Below, in pieces: positions 61,663-64,000 of a stretch of 64,000 bases of DNA. A model generated the notes under the pieces. The model saw only the letters and a list, made by a program, of their open reading frames with translations, was not told the origin of the DNA and searched no databases. The translations under genes were made by a program, and so were the position numbers. Source of the DNA: an uncultured Gemmatimonadales bacterium (GTDB lineage Bacteria > Gemmatimonadota > Gemmatimonadetes > Gemmatimonadales > GWC2-71-9); assembly GCA_963817715.1 (NCBI GenBank), contig CAWFPG010000019.1, positions 41,484 to 105,483 of the forward strand, in the 5' to 3' direction. How positions within the stretch are numbered: position 1 is the first letter of the stretch; every line of letters starts with the position of its first letter.

Positions 61663-62336
61663 CGACGACACGCAGATGGTCGCTGGGCGCAATCCTGCTG
61701 CTGGCGGCGGCGGGGGCCACTCCACTCGCTGCCCAGGACCTGCCGACCGTCGGACGCCTGCACTACGACGGTGGTGGCGACTGGTACGCCAACCCGTCGA
61801 GCTTGCCGAACCTGCTCACCGCGATCCGGGAGCGCACGGCGATTCCGGTGGCGACGCGCGAGCGGGCGGTGAAGCTGACCGATCCCGATCTCTGGGATCT
61901 CCCCTATCTCTATGTGACCGGCCACGGCAATATCGCGTTCTCCGCGGAGGAGGCGGCGATCCTGCGCCGCTGGGTGCTGCGCGGTGGCTTTCTGCACGTC
62001 GACGACAACTATGGGCTCGATGCGTCGTTCCGGCGGGAGATCGCCAAGGTTTTTCCCGATCGGCCGTTGGTCGAGGTGCCGCTCGACCATCCGATCTACC
62101 ACCTCATCTATGACTTCCCGGACGGGGTCCCGAAGATCCACGTGCACGACGGCAAGCCGGCGCAGGGGTTCGGGATCTTCATCGATGGGCGGTTGGCGGT
62201 CTACTACACGTATCAGAGCGACCTCGGCAACGGCTGGGAGGATCTCGAGGTGTATCACGATCCGCCCGAGAAGCATGAGGCCGCGTTGCGGATGGGTGTG
62301 AACCTCTTCAGCTACGCGATGGGGTACGGCGGATGA
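61659..62336 (+). CDS. DUF4159 domain protein
   Basis: YDGGGDWY, PYLYVTGHG, GGFLHVDDNY, DLGNGWED, ALRMGVN. Confidence 0.85.
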   Translation: MTTTRRWSLGAILLLAAAGATPLAAQDLPTVGRLHYDGGGDWYANPSSLPNLLTAIRERTAIPVATRERAVKLTDPDLWDLPYLYVTGHGNIAFSAEEAAILRRWVLRGGFLHVDDNYGLDASFRREIAKVFPDRPLVEVPLDHPIYHLIYDFPDGVPKIHVHDGKPAQGFGIFIDGRLAVYYTYQSDLGNGWEDLEVYHDPPEKHEAALRMGVNLFSYAMGYGG

Positions 62337-64000
62337 CGCTGCGCGAGGCGCTCGACCACTCGGCGACGCCGCTTCGGCGGGCCACCGCGCTGCGCCGCCT
62401 GGCCCCAGGTGTGGTCGCCGCGCTGGCGGTGCTCGCCCTGGCGGCGTGGCTGCTGCGCCTCGGCTGGGGGAGCCCTGCGCGCCTGGTGCTGGCTGGCTGG
62501 CTCCTCGCACTGGTGGCGCTCGTCTCGGCGCTGGTGGTGGCTCGGCGTGCGGTCACGGCGCTCGCGGCCGGGGCCGTCGCCCGTCGCCTGGAGCGGGCCG
62601 GGGCCTGGCGGTTCGGATCGCTCTCGACGCTGCTCGATCCGCCGCTGGCCGACACATCGATGGCGCTGCATGCCCTCGCCGCCGAGCAGCAGTCGGCCCG
62701 GGTCGCCGGCGAGGCCGCCGCGGTGCTCGATCCCGAGGTGGCCGACGCGCGCCTTCGCGTGGTGCGACTGGCCGGTGTGGCCCTGGTGCTGCTCGCCATG
62801 CTGGCGTTGGCGAGGCCGATCGGCGGGGCGGCCGCGATGCTCTGGCGACCCTGGGACGCGGTGCGGGCCCTGGTGGTGCCGGTGCAGCTGGCGACCGACA
62901 CGCCGGTGGTCGATCGCGGCGCCACGGTGCAGTTGCGCATCGACGCCCTGGGACAACGTCGCGCGACCCTGTTCACCCGCGCGCCGGGTGAGGGCTGGCA
63001 GGAGCGCGAGGTCACGCTCGACGCCGGCGGCCATGCCGTGGTCGAGACCGCGCCGCTCGATGCCGATTTGGTGGCGCGGGTGACCGCCGGGGGACGAACG
63101 TCCCGTGACGTGAGGGTCGCAGTTCGCCTGCCGGCCTTCCTCGGTTCGCTCACCGTCACCGCCCACTATCCGGCGTATCTCGCCCTCGACGACGAAGTGG
63201 TGCCGGTCGACGGCGACACGCTGGTGGTGCCCGAGGGCACCGAACTGACGCTGGTCGGTCGCGCCACGACGCCGCTGGCCAGCGCGCTGCTGCTGGGCGA
63301 CGACGGCGACGACTCGCTCGTCGTCGCCGGTCCGCAGTTCCGCGGCTCGCTGGTGCCCGCTGCCAGCGGTTCGTGGCAGTTGCAGGTGACACCGACCCAG
63401 GGAGGCACCCTCGATGGCGTGCCACCGCCGCTGCGGATCCGGGTGGTTGCCGACACGGCGCCGGTGGTCACGGTGCCGGTTCCCGGCGTCGATACCGTGG
63501 CCCCGCCGTCGCGGCGGTTGCCGCTGGTGGTGGCCATCGAGGACGACCACGGCCTGCGCGGAGCCAGGATCGAGACCCGCCACGGCGCCGGGCCGGTCCG
63601 CACCGTGGCCTTGTCGCTGGGGCCGACGCCCGGCGATCGGGCCCTCATCTCGATCGGCCTCGATCTCGATTCGCTGGGCCTCCAGGCCGGTGACACGCTG
63701 CGCTATGTCGCTGTTGCGATCGACAATGCGCCGCGCGCACGGATCGGGCGCTCGCGCGAGTACCTGGTGATCATGCCGACCGAGGCCGAGCAGCGCTCGG
63801 CACGATCCGAGGCGACAGGCGAGGCGGCAAGCGCGCTCGACTCGCTGGTGTCGCAGGCCCGCCGTGCGCAACGCGCCGCGGAGGACCTGGCACGGGAGCG
63901 GACCCGGGGCGAGACCCAGCGCGCCGGGGAGAGCGGCGAGCCGATGTCGGCCGAGGCGGCGCGTCGTGCCGAGCAGGCCGCCGAGGCGCAACAGCAGGTG
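62333..64000 (+). CDS. Large membrane-anchored protein (DUF4175-like), truncated by the window end
   Basis: ATGA overlap; N-terminal TM helices, Ig-like segments (D.APVV, DDHGL), coiled coil starting; usual partner of DUF4159. Confidence 0.65.
   Translation, partial: MTLREALDHSATPLRRATALRRLAPGVVAALAVLALAAWLLRLGWGSPARLVLAGWLLALVALVSALVVARRAVTALAAGAVARRLERAGAWRFGSLSTLLDPPLADTSMALHALAAEQQSARVAGEAAAVLDPEVADARLRVVRLAGVALVLLAMLALARPIGGAAAMLWRPWDAVRALVVPVQLATDTPVVDRGATVQLRIDALGQRRATLFTRAPGEGWQEREVTLDAGGHAVVETAPLDADLVARVTAGGRTSRDVRVAVRLPAFLGSLTVTAHYPAYLALDDEVVPVDGDTLVVPEGTELTLVGRATTPLASALLLGDDGDDSLVVAGPQFRGSLVPAASGSWQLQVTPTQGGTLDGVPPPLRIRVVADTAPVVTVPVPGVDTVAPPSRRLPLVVAIEDDHGLRGARIETRHGAGPVRTVALSLGPTPGDRALISIGLDLDSLGLQAGDTLRYVAVAIDNAPRARIGRSREYLVIMPTEAEQRSARSEATGEAASALDSLVSQARRAQRAAEDLARERTRGETQRAGESGEPMSAEAARRAEQAAEAQQQV

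Overview
This is a very GC-rich bacterial chromosome segment. Gene content and protein families point to Gemmatimonadota (inference). It is mostly housekeeping genes: rpmE-prfA-prmC-tmk, smc, rpsF-rpsR-rplI, and ispE-tRNA-Gln-prs-rplY-pth-ychF. The 5' part of a Tat-exported group 1 [NiFe]-hydrogenase small subunit lies at the left edge. An accessory block of secreted and signalling genes (33.1-47.6 kb) holds three tandem GWxTD-like paralogs, a serine hydrolase, an ECF sigma-Ser/Thr kinase pair and beta-propeller proteins. At least ten conserved genes carry single-base frameshifts, most likely long-read sequencing errors. The most striking non-genic signal is nine intergenic loci with 7-nt tandem arrays of several sequence families. 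They share an R-R-Y-R-G core and are mostly arranged as stop codon, purine-rich arm, spacer, complementary arm. At one locus (48684-49203) the spacer is a whole antisense four-helix-bundle (23S rRNA intervening-sequence protein family) gene. The result is a 520-bp IVS-like cassette with 35-nt inverted ends wedged between hppA and ychF. No CRISPR array, transposase, integrase, reverse transcriptase or rRNA gene was seen.
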